Assembly (NCBI GenBank): GCA_965205855.1 | Contig: OZ242184.1 | Coordinates: 992,001 to 1,056,000, forward strand | Length of the DNA: 64,000 nt | Source: Thermodesulfobacteriota bacterium | GTDB taxonomy: Bacteria > Desulfobacterota_D > UBA1144 > Nemesobacterales > Mycalebacteriaceae | Reading direction: 5' to 3' | In this document: positions 21,224 through 32,741 of the stretch, one piece after another | How the letters are laid out: each line of letters starts with the position of its first letter | Position numbering within the stretch: the stretch's first letter is position 1 | Made by a program: the position numbers and the translations under genes | The notes under the pieces: model-generated | Seen by the model: the letters and a program-made list of their open reading frames with translations, nothing else | What the model was told of the DNA's origin: nothing | Databases searched by the model: none

Positions 21224-21587
21224 TTACCATATTCTCCACTTAGACCTATTTTCCGCTTGGATTGCTTTTGCCTTCCACTCTTCCGCTTCTTGTCTGGCTT
21301 GCGTCAGTGCCTTTTGTTGATTTTTTGTTAATCTCAAACCGTTCAGACCTTTGTTTTTGATTTTTTACCTGTGTTTCTGCTAATTTAGCCCGTTCTTTTT
21401 GAGATTCTAATTCAATATCCGGCCGCTCCAATTGTTTCTTTCATCTCTTCGCCGTTAATGTTTCCCACCATACTTCTTGTTTAACTTTTATAGGTTCTTG
21501 CTCTGCCTTTTCCGCTCTCGCTTTCCACTTTTCTGCTTCTACTATTGCCTCTCTTGCTATTTGTTTGATTTTTTGTATGTTTTTCAC
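21224..21587 (-). pseudogene. Frameshifted coiled-coil protein remnant
   Basis: EAEKWKARAEKAE and EAEEWKAKAIQAENRSKWRIW* segments, joined only through about three frameshifts; AT-rich. Confidence 0.5.
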
Positions 21588-21684
21588 TACTCATCACACT
21601 TCATCTTTGTCCATTCCCTGCGTGAAATCTACCTGTCTTGTCCCATACTCCCGCACGGCAATACACATTATATTATTGTGGAAA

Positions 21685-22992
21685 TTACGACCCGACTTTT
21701 TTGCGAAGGTTGTAGTGGAAAAGCGGTTTTCCCTCTCTTTTGACCACTTCTTCAGTTATCACGCAACGGTTCAAATCCTTGTCCGAAGGGACATCGTAGA
21801 GAATGTCCAGCATGATGGATTCAAGAATTGACCGCAACCCGCGCGCGCCGGTTTTCCTCTTTATGGACTCTTTCGCTATCAACTGGAGCGCTGAGTCTGT
21901 GAACTGGAGATCAACGCCCTCAAGGCTCATAAGTTTTGTATATTGCTTCACAAGGGCGTTGCGCGGCTGTGTGAGTATCCTGACGAGTGAATCCTCGCCC
22001 AACTCGTCAAGGGTCGCTATGACAGGAACTCTTCCCACAAATTCCGGTATCAAACCGTACTCTATCTGGTCTTCCATCTGCACATCCTTTAACTCGTTCG
22101 AGCTGGTTACCGTTGTGGTTGTTCGCGCGGCATCTTCGGTGTTGAAACCTATTGACCTCTTTCCTTTTCTTCTTCTGACTATTTCCTCAAGACCGAAAAA
22201 GGCTCCGCCACATATAAACAGAATGTTTGCGGTATCCACCTGAACAAAATCCTGTTGCGGGTGCTTTCTCCCTCCCTTGGGTGGCACATTGGTTTTCGTG
22301 CCCTCCATTATTTTGAGAAGCGCCTGTTGCACGCCCTCGCCGGACACATCGCGCGTGATTGAAGGGCTGTCCCCGGTCTTGCGCGCCAGTTTGTCTATCT
22401 CGTCTATGTATATGATTCCCTTTGACGCTTTTTCAAGGTCGTAGTCCGCATCCTGAAGAAGGCTGACTATCATGTTCTCCACATCCTCGCCGACATACCC
22501 GGCTTCGGTGTAGCAGGTCGCGTCAACAATCGCAAAGGGAACCTTCAGCATTCTTGCAAGGGTTTGAGCAATAAGGGTTTTTCCCGACCCCGTCGGCCCG
22601 ATAAGCATCACATTGCTTTTCTGTATCTCAACATCGTCCGCGTCGGTTTTGAACCCGCCGGATTCAAACGTCTCGATGCGCCTGTAGTGGTTGTGCACCG
22701 CAACCGAAAGTACCCTTTTTGCGTAGTCCTGACCGATTACATATTCATCCAGAAAACTCTTGATTTCCGGAGGCGTCATAAGGGAAGTCACAGAATCCCC
22801 GGATTTTAAGTAACTGCCCGATTTGGAATGCCTCTCTTTCTCTTCCTCCTCTTTGATAATCTCATTGCAGAGCTCTATGCACTCATTGCAGATATAAACA
22901 TCATTGGGACCGGCGATGAGTTTTGAAACATCGCTTTTTCCCTTACTGCAAAATGAGCAGATTTGTCCCGCTTCTTTTCCGCCACGCCTCAT
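21685..22992 (-). CDS. clpX: Clp protease ATPase subunit
   Basis: CSFC..CNEC zinc finger, [31 protein letters not shown] loop. Confidence 0.98.
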   Translation of the reverse strand: MRRGGKEAGQICSFCSKGKSDVSKLIAGPNDVYICNECIELCNEIIKEEEEKERHSKSGSYLKSGDSVTSLMTPPEIKSFLDEYVIGQDYAKRVLSVAVHNHYRRIETFESGGFKTDADDVEIQKSNVMLIGPTGSGKTLIAQTLARMLKVPFAIVDATCYTEAGYVGEDVENMIVSLLQDADYDLEKASKGIIYIDEIDKLARKTGDSPSITRDVSGEGVQQALLKIMEGTKTNVPPKGGRKHPQQDFVQVDTANILFICGGAFFGLEEIVRRRKGKRSIGFNTEDAARTTTTVTSSNELKDVQMEDQIEYGLIPEFVGRVPVIATLDELGEDSLVRILTQPRNALVKQYTKLMSLEGVDLQFTDSALQLIAKESIKRKTGARGLRSILESIMLDILYDVPSDKDLNRCVITEEVVKREGKPLFHYNLRKKVGS

Positions 22993-23612
22993 TTTTGCGC
23001 CGCCTTTTCGGATTCCTTAAGGGACTCTCCGCAATCCATTATGGAGTCCACTATTCCGTATTTCATCGCCTCTCCGGCAGTCATGAAAAAATCCCTGTCG
23101 GTATCTTTCTCAATGTTTTCAAGCGTCTGACCGGTATGAGACTTCAGTACTCTGTTAAGCTCCTTGCGGACTCTCAATATCTCCTTTGCGTGTATCTCTA
23201 TGTCGCTCGCCTGCCCCTGAACACCGCCGAGAACCTGATGTATCATAATCCTTGAATGCGGGAGCGCGTATCTGCGTCCCGAAGCTCCTCCGGCAAGCAA
23301 AACCGCCGCCATACTCGCCGCCTGTCCTATACACATAGTGGAAATTTCCGCTTTCACATGTTGCATGGTGTCATAAATCGCAAGACCCGAAGTAACATTT
23401 CCGCCCGGAGAATTTATATACAGATGCACAGGCTTGTCCGGTTCTTCGGACTCAAGAAACATCAACTGAGCAATGACAAGATTGGCAACCGTGTCGTCAA
23501 TAACAGAGCCTATGAAAATTATCCTGTCTTTAAGAAGACGGGAAAAAATGTCATAGGAACGCTCACCCCTTCCTGTTTGCTCCACAACAAATGGAACATA
23601 ATTAGACATCAC
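22989..23612 (-). CDS. clpP: Clp protease proteolytic subunit
   Basis: [29 protein letters not shown]. Confidence 0.98.
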   Translation of the reverse strand: MMSNYVPFVVEQTGRGERSYDIFSRLLKDRIIFIGSVIDDTVANLVIAQLMFLESEEPDKPVHLYINSPGGNVTSGLAIYDTMQHVKAEISTMCIGQAASMAAVLLAGGASGRRYALPHSRIMIHQVLGGVQGQASDIEIHAKEILRVRKELNRVLKSHTGQTLENIEKDTDRDFFMTAGEAMKYGIVDSIMDCGESLKESEKAAQK

Positions 23613-23657
23613 CTTTAGAATTTTTATTCTATGTCTTTTCGGCTCGGAATGTCAATC

Positions 23658-24968
23658 TCAACTTTTCTTTACGGCGGGGTTTGCGGGCACGGCGGGTTTT
23701 TCAGTTTTTATGTTGGAATGTTCACGGATAAAAACCAGAACCTTGGCGCTTACAATCTGTGAATTCAGACCGTTGAGAAGTCTGTTTTGTTCGTAGTATT
23801 CTTTCACTTGTGCAGAAGTAACTCCGGACTGTGCGGCGATATCGGAGAAACGTTTTTCAAGATCGCTTTCAAGCGCCTCAATGGACTCTGCGTCCGCTAT
23901 CCTGCTTATAATTAAAGACAGTTTGACATTATCTCGCGCCCTTGTTCTCAAAGTCTCAGACGCCTTTTCGTCAATCGGGGGAACTTTGGCGCCACGGGAT
24001 TCAAAATCTCTTTTCATCTCGGCTTCAAGCCTGCTTTTTTCCTCGGAGATAAGACGTTCGGGAATTTCAAAATCCGAGTTTTCGCCCAGTTTGGAAAATA
24101 TCTGTTCATCAAGACTCGCATTCCTCATCGCTTCAAGGCGTGCTTCCAAATCCTTTTCTATCTTGACCTTCAAATCGGCAATGCTGTCGCTTCCGACATT
24201 CTTTGCGAAACTGTCGTCGGGTGCGGGGACGGTTCTGTTAAAAACCTGATTTACCTTCAAGTTGAATTTGACCGATTTCCCGGCCGCTTCTTTTATCTGA
24301 AAATTCTCAGGATATGAGACTTCAAAATCCTTTTCTTCTCCGGCGGACATGCCGACTATGTTTTTCTCAAAATTTTCTATCAACTGCCCCTTTCCGAGAA
24401 GAAATCTGACACCGCTTTTTTCAAGCCCTTCTATTGTTTTTCCGTCTATGGTTCCCTTGTAGTCAACTTCAACGACATCGCCCGCCGCAGACGGTTTTTT
24501 CTCTTCATACGGCTCCAGTTCCGCAGACCTCTCAACTATCTGCTCAAGGGCGCGTTCAACATCCTCCGCCGAGACGGAAATCGGGCTTTGAGACAGTTCA
24601 AGGTCTTTATAGGGAGGCAGTTCAAAATCCGGCAAGACATCAAACACCGCCGAGTAGAGAAACTCCTTTTCAAGACCGACATCGCCCGGAGTAATAGCGG
24701 GTCTGCTTACCGGAGAAAGTGAAACTTCCTTCAGTGCGTCCGGAAAACTGTTTGAAACAAGGTTTGAAACCAGTTCTTCTTTGATTTCTTTGCCGAAAAG
24801 TTTTTCTATCTGCTCGTTGGGAACCTTTCCCTTTCTGAACCCGTCCACTTTGGCGTCTCGCTTGAACCGTTTGAATATCTCATCCCGTTCACGGCGGACG
24901 GTATCTGTGGGAATAACCACATCAATCTTCTTTTCCGTGGCGCTACGGTCTTCTAAATTGACTTTCAT
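23658..24968 (-). CDS. tig: Trigger factor
   Basis: GFRKGKVP, FKBP domain; tig-clpP-clpX order. Confidence 0.95.
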   Translation of the reverse strand: MKVNLEDRSATEKKIDVVIPTDTVRRERDEIFKRFKRDAKVDGFRKGKVPNEQIEKLFGKEIKEELVSNLVSNSFPDALKEVSLSPVSRPAITPGDVGLEKEFLYSAVFDVLPDFELPPYKDLELSQSPISVSAEDVERALEQIVERSAELEPYEEKKPSAAGDVVEVDYKGTIDGKTIEGLEKSGVRFLLGKGQLIENFEKNIVGMSAGEEKDFEVSYPENFQIKEAAGKSVKFNLKVNQVFNRTVPAPDDSFAKNVGSDSIADLKVKIEKDLEARLEAMRNASLDEQIFSKLGENSDFEIPERLISEEKSRLEAEMKRDFESRGAKVPPIDEKASETLRTRARDNVKLSLIISRIADAESIEALESDLEKRFSDIAAQSGVTSAQVKEYYEQNRLLNGLNSQIVSAKVLVFIREHSNIKTEKPAVPANPAVKKS

Positions 24969-25060
24969 AATAAAACCTCACCCTTAAAACAGGGGTGAAG
25001 GATACACGGGGAGCGGGAAAGTTCAAACTTTACAAGCATGATTTGCGTATAATTGGCTTT

Positions 25061-25117
25061 ATGAAACTGAAAACTGTTCTTGAACATTCAGAAGAAGGTG
25101 GTTGGAATTATAACTGA
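25061..25117 (+). pseudogene. Truncated HicB-like antitoxin N-terminus (18 aa)
   Basis: MKLKTVLEHSEEGGW resembles HicB MKLKVVLEPSEEGGY; TATAAT just upstream. Confidence 0.5.
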
Positions 25118-25179
25118 TTTTACTTTTGTTCTATTAGACGGATTTCAGGGTATTATAAGACTCTGATAATTAAGGGAAA

Positions 25180-25506
25180 ATGAAGTTTTTCGTACATCCA
25201 TTTGTTGGACATCGTCCAGAGATTTCAGAAAACGAATACTCGTCCATAAAACAATTTATCAGTAAGCGGTATAGAAGAGAAACCACTAATCGACGTATAT
25301 ACAAAATCACATATAGAAAAGATGACATTCCTTGGCTTAGACAAGTAGGAAAGAAATCCATCGATGATACAAGACATGTTATTGCAATTTTGTATTGCGA
25401 ATCACCTGGAACATATTTTGTTTGCAAACTAAATCGTGACGATGAAGAATATTTTATAGAAGAAATTGAGGAAAGTAGAATCGAAGACTTTCAAGACTTT
25501 GAATGA
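25180..25506 (+). CDS. Hypothetical protein, AT-rich
   Basis: 108 aa ORF with AAGGGA RBS, opposite strand to its neighbours. Confidence 0.7.
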   Translation: MKFFVHPFVGHRPEISENEYSSIKQFISKRYRRETTNRRIYKITYRKDDIPWLRQVGKKSIDDTRHVIAILYCESPGTYFVCKLNRDDEEYFIEEIEESRIEDFQDFE

Positions 25507-25517
25507 TTATTAAAGTC

Positions 25518-26681
25518 TTACCGCCTCTTAACAACCCGATAAACCACACCGGCAAAATCATCACTAATCAACATCCCGCCATCTGTCAGAAAAATCACAT
25601 CCACCGGACGCCCCGAAACAGAACCGTCTTTACTCAACCACCCTTCAACAAAAGGTTCGTAACCCGAAACCTCACCGCCATCCACTTTGGCACGATACAC
25701 CGCATAGCCGGATTTTTCACTGCGGTTCCATGAGCCATGAAGGGCGATATAAACATACTCTCCGGCGGGGTCAAAACTCATTCCCAAATTGGCGACATGC
25801 GCTCCTGTCAACAAAGCCGGCGGTTCGTAATCGGAACAGAGCTTTCCTTCACCGTATTCGGGGTCGGGATAATTCCCCTGATGACAGTAGGGGTAGCCAA
25901 AATGCATTCCCGCGCGCGGCGCGTAGTTTAATTCGTCGTGCGGCAAATCATCGCCGAGCCAGTCGCGCCCGTTATCGGTGAACCACAACTCGCCGGTCTT
26001 TGGATGGAAATCAAATCCCACCGAATTGCGCACGCCACGGGAATACACCTCGCCCTTTCCTCCGTTCAAATCATAACGGCTGATAACACCGGTCAAATCC
26101 GGCATGGGCGGTTCGCAAACATTGCACGGAGCTCCCAGAGAAACATAAAGCATGCCGTCCGGGGAGATTTTAAGATGACGGGCTCCGTGATGAGCGCTTT
26201 CATACAATTCCGAAACAATACGCCGGAGCGTGATTTCGCCGCTTCCGGAGAGTTTTCCCATAATATCGACAACCTTGTAAACACCGTCTATGGCGCCGAC
26301 ATATAAATTGCCCCCTTGGAAAGCCACACCGTGCGGCCAGGACATTCCATCTGCGATAACCCGAGCCTCATCGGCACGTCCGTCCCGGTCTGAATCGCGC
26401 AGAGCGTAAACCTTTCCGGCGCTACTTCCGGCAAAAACCCAGCCGTCTTCACCTTCGGCAAGTTGACGGGGCGACTTAAGCCCCAAAGACGGCGGCGCGA
26501 AAAAGTTAATGCTGTAACCGGCGGGCAATTTTAACATCTCCAAACCATCTTCCGTTTGGTCAATTTGAGTGTGCGAAAACTCCGCGAAATCAACCTTTGT
26601 GGAAAACCAAAATGCCGGAAGAAACAATAAACCGAACGCTAATACAATAAAAAATGACTTTCTGTTGAAAAAATCAGACAT
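25518..26681 (-). CDS. PQQ-dependent sugar/L-sorbosone dehydrogenase family
   Basis: LKLPAGYSI, GAPCNVC, GVRNSVGFDFHP, WFTDNGRD, HGSWNR, GRPVDV..SDD. Confidence 0.88.
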   Translation of the reverse strand: MSDFFNRKSFFIVLAFGLLFLPAFWFSTKVDFAEFSHTQIDQTEDGLEMLKLPAGYSINFFAPPSLGLKSPRQLAEGEDGWVFAGSSAGKVYALRDSDRDGRADEARVIADGMSWPHGVAFQGGNLYVGAIDGVYKVVDIMGKLSGSGEITLRRIVSELYESAHHGARHLKISPDGMLYVSLGAPCNVCEPPMPDLTGVISRYDLNGGKGEVYSRGVRNSVGFDFHPKTGELWFTDNGRDWLGDDLPHDELNYAPRAGMHFGYPYCHQGNYPDPEYGEGKLCSDYEPPALLTGAHVANLGMSFDPAGEYVYIALHGSWNRSEKSGYAVYRAKVDGGEVSGYEPFVEGWLSKDGSVSGRPVDVIFLTDGGMLISDDFAGVVYRVVKRR

Positions 26682-26697
26682 TTTGACCGTTTTAAAA

Positions 26698-26782
26698 TGC
26701 GAGAGGAGGGATTTGAACCCACACGGGATGTAACTCCCACCGGATCCTAAATCCGGCGCGTCTGCCGTTTCGCCACTCTCGC
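26698..26782 (-). tRNA. tRNA-Leu(TAG), CCA not encoded
   Basis: CCGGA-TTTAGGA-TCCGG anticodon arm, long variable arm. Confidence 0.93.
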
Positions 26783-26790
26783 AAGCTGCG

Positions 26791-26863
26791 TGGGCCGCGA
26801 GGGATTCGAACCCCCGACCATTTGATTAAGAGTCAACTGCTCTACCAACTGAGCTAGCGGCCC
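26791..26863 (-). tRNA. tRNA-Lys(CTT), CCA not encoded
   Basis: TTGA-CTCTTAA-TCAA anticodon arm, GGTTCGAATCC. Confidence 0.95.
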
Positions 26864-26909
26864 GTCGCAATCAATAGATACATCCGATAAATGACAATGG
26901 CAAGTCCCG

Positions 26910-29561
26910 TCAGTTTACGGTTCCCCTCACTACCGATACCACACGGGAGTCAAGTTCTATGTATTTCCGCACCACCCGCAAAACATCACCTGCGGTAACT
27001 GCAAACACCTTGTCCGCAAACTCCTTGTGCTCGTCCCAACCGACCCCGTAGAGTTCGTCAAAACCCATAACGGACGCCTGCGCGGAATTTGTCTGTAACC
27101 CTATCTCAAAATTCCCCACCATTTTCCTCTGCGCCCTCTCAACTTCATCCTTGCCAACCCCGTCGTTCAAAAGAGATTTAAGTTGAGCGACAATCTCATC
27201 CAGAGCGCTTTTTTCTTTTTGTGGCGCGGTGCCGATATAGATGCCAAAATAACCGGAATCCACCCGCGCGCCGTAGAAAGAGGAAACCGTGTAAGCAAGA
27301 CTCATCTCATCCCTCAATTTCATGAAAAGCCGCCCTCCCTGACCCGAAAGAACTGCATTCAACACCTGAAACGGATAGTAATCCGTGCTTGTGAGCTCGG
27401 GAGCCAAAAAACCGACCACTATGTGAGTCTGTTCCTTTCCCTCAATCTTTCTGGATGTCAGAACCGGTTTGTCGCCGGACTTGGAATGCGCGGAAGAAGC
27501 GCGGAACTTGCCTGTTTTACGCAATCCGGAAAAATCCCTCTCAATTCTTGACAGAACCTTTTCCGCCTCAACATCACCGGCGACAACTATGACCATATTT
27601 TCGGGATTGAGAAGTTTTTTGTAGAAAGTCGAAGCGTCTTTTCCCGAAAATCTCTTCACATTGGCGACGCTTCCCGTCACTTCGCGAGAATACGGAGAAT
27701 CTTTGAAAAGAGCCGTGAAAAACCTGTCCATCGCGATGGATGCAGGCCTGTCTTTCTTGCGGTTTATTTCGGCAAATATCTCCCTTTTTGCACGTTGCAC
27801 CTCATCATCGGGAAAAGACGGATTGAGCACCACATCGGAGAATATATCCATCGCCGGAACAAAGTTTGAGCTGAGAGATTCCATTGAAATCCCCGCGCTG
27901 TCTTTACCGGAAAATCCCTCTATATACCCAGCAAGAGATTCCATTTCCTCGGCTATCTCGGCGGCGGAACGGGTTGAAGTCCCGCGCGTCAGCATATTCG
28001 CGGTAAAGTTTGAAATCCCATTCGCTTTCCGGTCTTCAAACCTGAGACCTCCGGAAAAAAGCAACCGCATGGCAAAAAGCGGAACGGTATTGTTCTCTTT
28101 AATTATCACCCTGATTCCGTTTTTCAATCTGTGGACGCCGGTTTTGTATGTTCCGGTTTTGGAAGCAATGCGGGGTTTTGTCTTTGAAACCGTTTTCTTC
28201 AAACGTTTGCCTTCCGCTTGCAGGGATTCGGGAAAAAGTGCAACTGCGGAAAGGTTTGACGGAATAAAATACTTCGCGGCGACTCTGCGTATATCTTCGA
28301 CCCTAACCGCACGGACTTTGTCCATGTAAGTTTTTTCAGCCCCGTAGTCTCCGGCAATTGTCTCATAGAAACCAAGCGCATGCGCCTTGCCTTGCATTGT
28401 TTCTTTTGAGCGAACATTTTCACTTTCAATGTTCAGTTTCGCCTTTTCAATCTCGGAAGGCTTAATCTGTCCTTCCGCAAGCCCGTAGAACATCCGGAGT
28501 ATCTCCTCGTGGGCAACCGCGGCGTTTTCGGGCTTCAATGTTCCACCTACGGCAAAAATGCCTCCCTTCAGAGGAGTATAGGCGTAGGAATAAATACTGT
28601 TCACAATGCCTTTTTCTTCTTTCACAACCCTGAACAGCCTTGAACTTTCCCCTCCTCCCATCAACTCGTCTATGACATCAAGCGCCGGAATATCCTCTCC
28701 GCCAAAGCCGGGAATTCTGAACGCAAGCGCGAAATACCCTTCGTTGACATCTTTTGTGAGAACAGACACGGCGGGGGATTTACGCGCCGGGGACTTCCCC
28801 TCCGCCGCGCATGAGGGAACCGGTTGTGGCTTAAACAAGCCGAATGTTTTTTTCACCTTCGCAAGCACACGATCAGGTTCAAAATCTCCGGTGATTACAA
28901 CAACCATGTTGCGGGGCGAATACCATTTCCGGTAGAAATTAAGAATCTTTGCACGGGAAAAGGAGCGAACGCTTTTCTCCGTGCCGAGAATAGAATGTCC
29001 GTATGGGTGGCCTTTATATGCGGATGCGAAAAGGACGCGGCTTGTAACACTTGCCGGACTGTCTTTGTCTCTGCGTATCTCCTCAACAACAACTTCTGCC
29101 TCCTTTTTAAGTTCCGCCGGGGCAAAAACGGAGTTGCCCACGCTGTCGGCAAGCAAACCTATGTTCGTATCAAGCGACCTGCTCGCCGAGGTTATAAAAT
29201 AGACCGTCTGGTCAAAAGATGTGTAGGCGTTTATATTTCCGCCAACCGATTCCACACGATAGGCAAGCTCACCCACGCCCAGAGTGTCGGTTCCCTTGAA
29301 AAGCATATGCTCATGCAGGTGGGCAAGACCTCTCTCATCCCTGCTCTCACACCCGCTTCCAACCTTAACCCAGACGTTTATTGCGGCAACCGGAGCCGAA
29401 CTGTCCGGCTCAAGAATTACGGTAAGCCCGTTTTTCAATTTTACTCTGGTAACCGGAGAAATCTCTTTTGCCATTGGAACATCAACCTCCACATAAAAAA
29501 GCGCGCATAAGAAAATAAAAAAAGGGAAAAACCTCATTCGCAAAACAAAACCCGAGGACAA
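26910..29561 (-). CDS. M16 family zinc protease (fused two-half type)
   Basis: HLHEHMLFKGT (HxxEH), NAYTSFDQTVY; second LKNG-initiated half lacks the motif; true start uncertain. Confidence 0.92.
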   Translation of the reverse strand: MSSGFVLRMRFFPFFIFLCALFYVEVDVPMAKEISPVTRVKLKNGLTVILEPDSSAPVAAINVWVKVGSGCESRDERGLAHLHEHMLFKGTDTLGVGELAYRVESVGGNINAYTSFDQTVYFITSASRSLDTNIGLLADSVGNSVFAPAELKKEAEVVVEEIRRDKDSPASVTSRVLFASAYKGHPYGHSILGTEKSVRSFSRAKILNFYRKWYSPRNMVVVITGDFEPDRVLAKVKKTFGLFKPQPVPSCAAEGKSPARKSPAVSVLTKDVNEGYFALAFRIPGFGGEDIPALDVIDELMGGGESSRLFRVVKEEKGIVNSIYSYAYTPLKGGIFAVGGTLKPENAAVAHEEILRMFYGLAEGQIKPSEIEKAKLNIESENVRSKETMQGKAHALGFYETIAGDYGAEKTYMDKVRAVRVEDIRRVAAKYFIPSNLSAVALFPESLQAEGKRLKKTVSKTKPRIASKTGTYKTGVHRLKNGIRVIIKENNTVPLFAMRLLFSGGLRFEDRKANGISNFTANMLTRGTSTRSAAEIAEEMESLAGYIEGFSGKDSAGISMESLSSNFVPAMDIFSDVVLNPSFPDDEVQRAKREIFAEINRKKDRPASIAMDRFFTALFKDSPYSREVTGSVANVKRFSGKDASTFYKKLLNPENMVIVVAGDVEAEKVLSRIERDFSGLRKTGKFRASSAHSKSGDKPVLTSRKIEGKEQTHIVVGFLAPELTSTDYYPFQVLNAVLSGQGGRLFMKLRDEMSLAYTVSSFYGARVDSGYFGIYIGTAPQKEKSALDEIVAQLKSLLNDGVGKDEVERAQRKMVGNFEIGLQTNSAQASVMGFDELYGVGWDEHKEFADKVFAVTAGDVLRVVRKYIELDSRVVSVVRGTVN

Positions 29562-29572
29562 AACGGTTTTTT

Positions 29573-30427
29573 TCAGATTCCGTCTTCCTTTTCCCCGTCT
29601 GTAGAACCGGAACTCCGCTCACTGTTTTTCATCCATCTACTGTAAAAACCAAAACGGCTCAAAAGAAAAAACAGAAAAGGAGACACCAGATAAAGAACGG
29701 AAACAACCGCAACAGATACGCCCGGACTTATGACCACAACCGCCATAAGAACGGATGCCGTAACAAGAAAATCAAATTTCTTCCCGCCGCCAAGCCTGCC
29801 CGGACTTAAAAGCCCCATCCTGCGGTATCTGATGTTGCTTACCATGAAAAACCCCGTAAGAGGCGCCGCCACTGCATAAAAGGCGCCCATAACATCCGTG
29901 GACGGAACTATGTTCAATTCGCTTACAACAAGAATCGGGGAAATCATTACCCCCGCTGCCATAGGGCTTGGTAACCCCATAAAACTCTTCCTCTCCGCCG
30001 ACAGAGACTGTATGTTGAATCTGGCAAGTCGCAGAGCGGCGCAGACCGCGTAGACAAGAAGCCCAAGGTTGAAAACGGGATTTTCAAAGGATATTCCGAA
30101 TACGGAATACACAAGCACAACCGGAGCGACTCCAAAACAGACAGTATCGGAAAGGGAGTCGTAAATAACCCCGAACCGGCTGTCAACTCCAAAAGCGCGT
30201 GCAACCTTTCCATCCAACAGGTCAAGCACCATGGCAACCCCAATAAAAGCGCCAGCACGCCACATAAGGTCGCTTGTGTTTCCGGAAGCACCAGAAGCGG
30301 CAATCTGAGATGAGATTCCCATGGAAAGCAACCCGAAGCACAAAGCCGCCGTTGTTATAATGCCGGGAAGAAAACCTGCCATTTTTTCAGGTTTTATTTT
30401 ATGGCGAAGTTTTTTTCTTCCGTTCAT
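29573..30427 (-). CDS. pssA: CDP-diacylglycerol--serine O-phosphatidyltransferase
   Basis: DLLDGKVAR..FG..YDSLSD..FGVAP, LRLARFN. Confidence 0.92.
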   Translation of the reverse strand: MNGRKKLRHKIKPEKMAGFLPGIITTAALCFGLLSMGISSQIAASGASGNTSDLMWRAGAFIGVAMVLDLLDGKVARAFGVDSRFGVIYDSLSDTVCFGVAPVVLVYSVFGISFENPVFNLGLLVYAVCAALRLARFNIQSLSAERKSFMGLPSPMAAGVMISPILVVSELNIVPSTDVMGAFYAVAAPLTGFFMVSNIRYRRMGLLSPGRLGGGKKFDFLVTASVLMAVVVISPGVSVAVVSVLYLVSPFLFFLLSRFGFYSRWMKNSERSSGSTDGEKEDGI

Positions 30428-31089
30428 TACCTGATACCGTCGCGAACAAGACGGGCAACCGCTGTTTCAGCTCCCCTGACCACATCGCCCTTAACAACTT
30501 TTACCTCGTAACCGTCAGGGAAAAACAGGTCTATCCGCGAACCGAATTTTATGATACCAAACCTCTGTCCCCTCTTCAAATGCGCGCCTTTTGAAGCATG
30601 AGAAACTATTCTTCTGGCAATAAAACCCGCCACCTGCGCCATCAGAAACTCCGGCCCGCCGCCGTCCGGCTTTACAAGAGTCGCAACCCGCTCATTTTCT
30701 TTTGTGGCCGCGCTACTAAATCCCAGAGCGAATTTTCCCGCCCTACGACGCGAATCCTTCACCTCTCCTGAAACGGGAAACCAGTTCACATGACAGTCAA
30801 CAATGGAGAGAAATACGCTCACTCTTGTAACTTCGCAACGGAGAAAATTGTCTTCCCGTTCGGTTGTTACCTCAATTACCCTTCCATCGGAAGGCGCGAG
30901 AACCGACCCGTCATCGGGAGGAACTTCCCTTTGCGGGTCTCTGAAAAAAAACAGCGTAAAAACAAAAACGATAAAAAACAGAAAGGAAACCACATCCAAG
31001 CCCGTAAGGGAAAACAGCCAGCCCGCAACCGCGACCGCGAAAACCGTTGATATGCCTTCCGGAGCGATTCTGAAAAACGGAGTTTTCAT
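30427..31089 (-). CDS. psd: Phosphatidylserine decarboxylase
   Basis: FFRDP.R, APSDG, QVAGFIARRI, IKFGSRID self-cleavage motif. Confidence 0.93.
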   Translation of the reverse strand: MKTPFFRIAPEGISTVFAVAVAGWLFSLTGLDVVSFLFFIVFVFTLFFFRDPQREVPPDDGSVLAPSDGRVIEVTTEREDNFLRCEVTRVSVFLSIVDCHVNWFPVSGEVKDSRRRAGKFALGFSSAATKENERVATLVKPDGGGPEFLMAQVAGFIARRIVSHASKGAHLKRGQRFGIIKFGSRIDLFFPDGYEVKVVKGDVVRGAETAVARLVRDGIR

Positions 31090-31104
31090 AAAGTCGGCGC
31101 CTTT

Positions 31105-32714
<1,610 letters not shown>

Positions 32715-32741
32715 TATAAACCTCCGGAAAACGCCGCGTTT

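Noticed and set aside
20913-21239. 108-aa ORF on the minus strand
   Set aside because: Runs through tRNA-Val and tRNA-Asp; spurious
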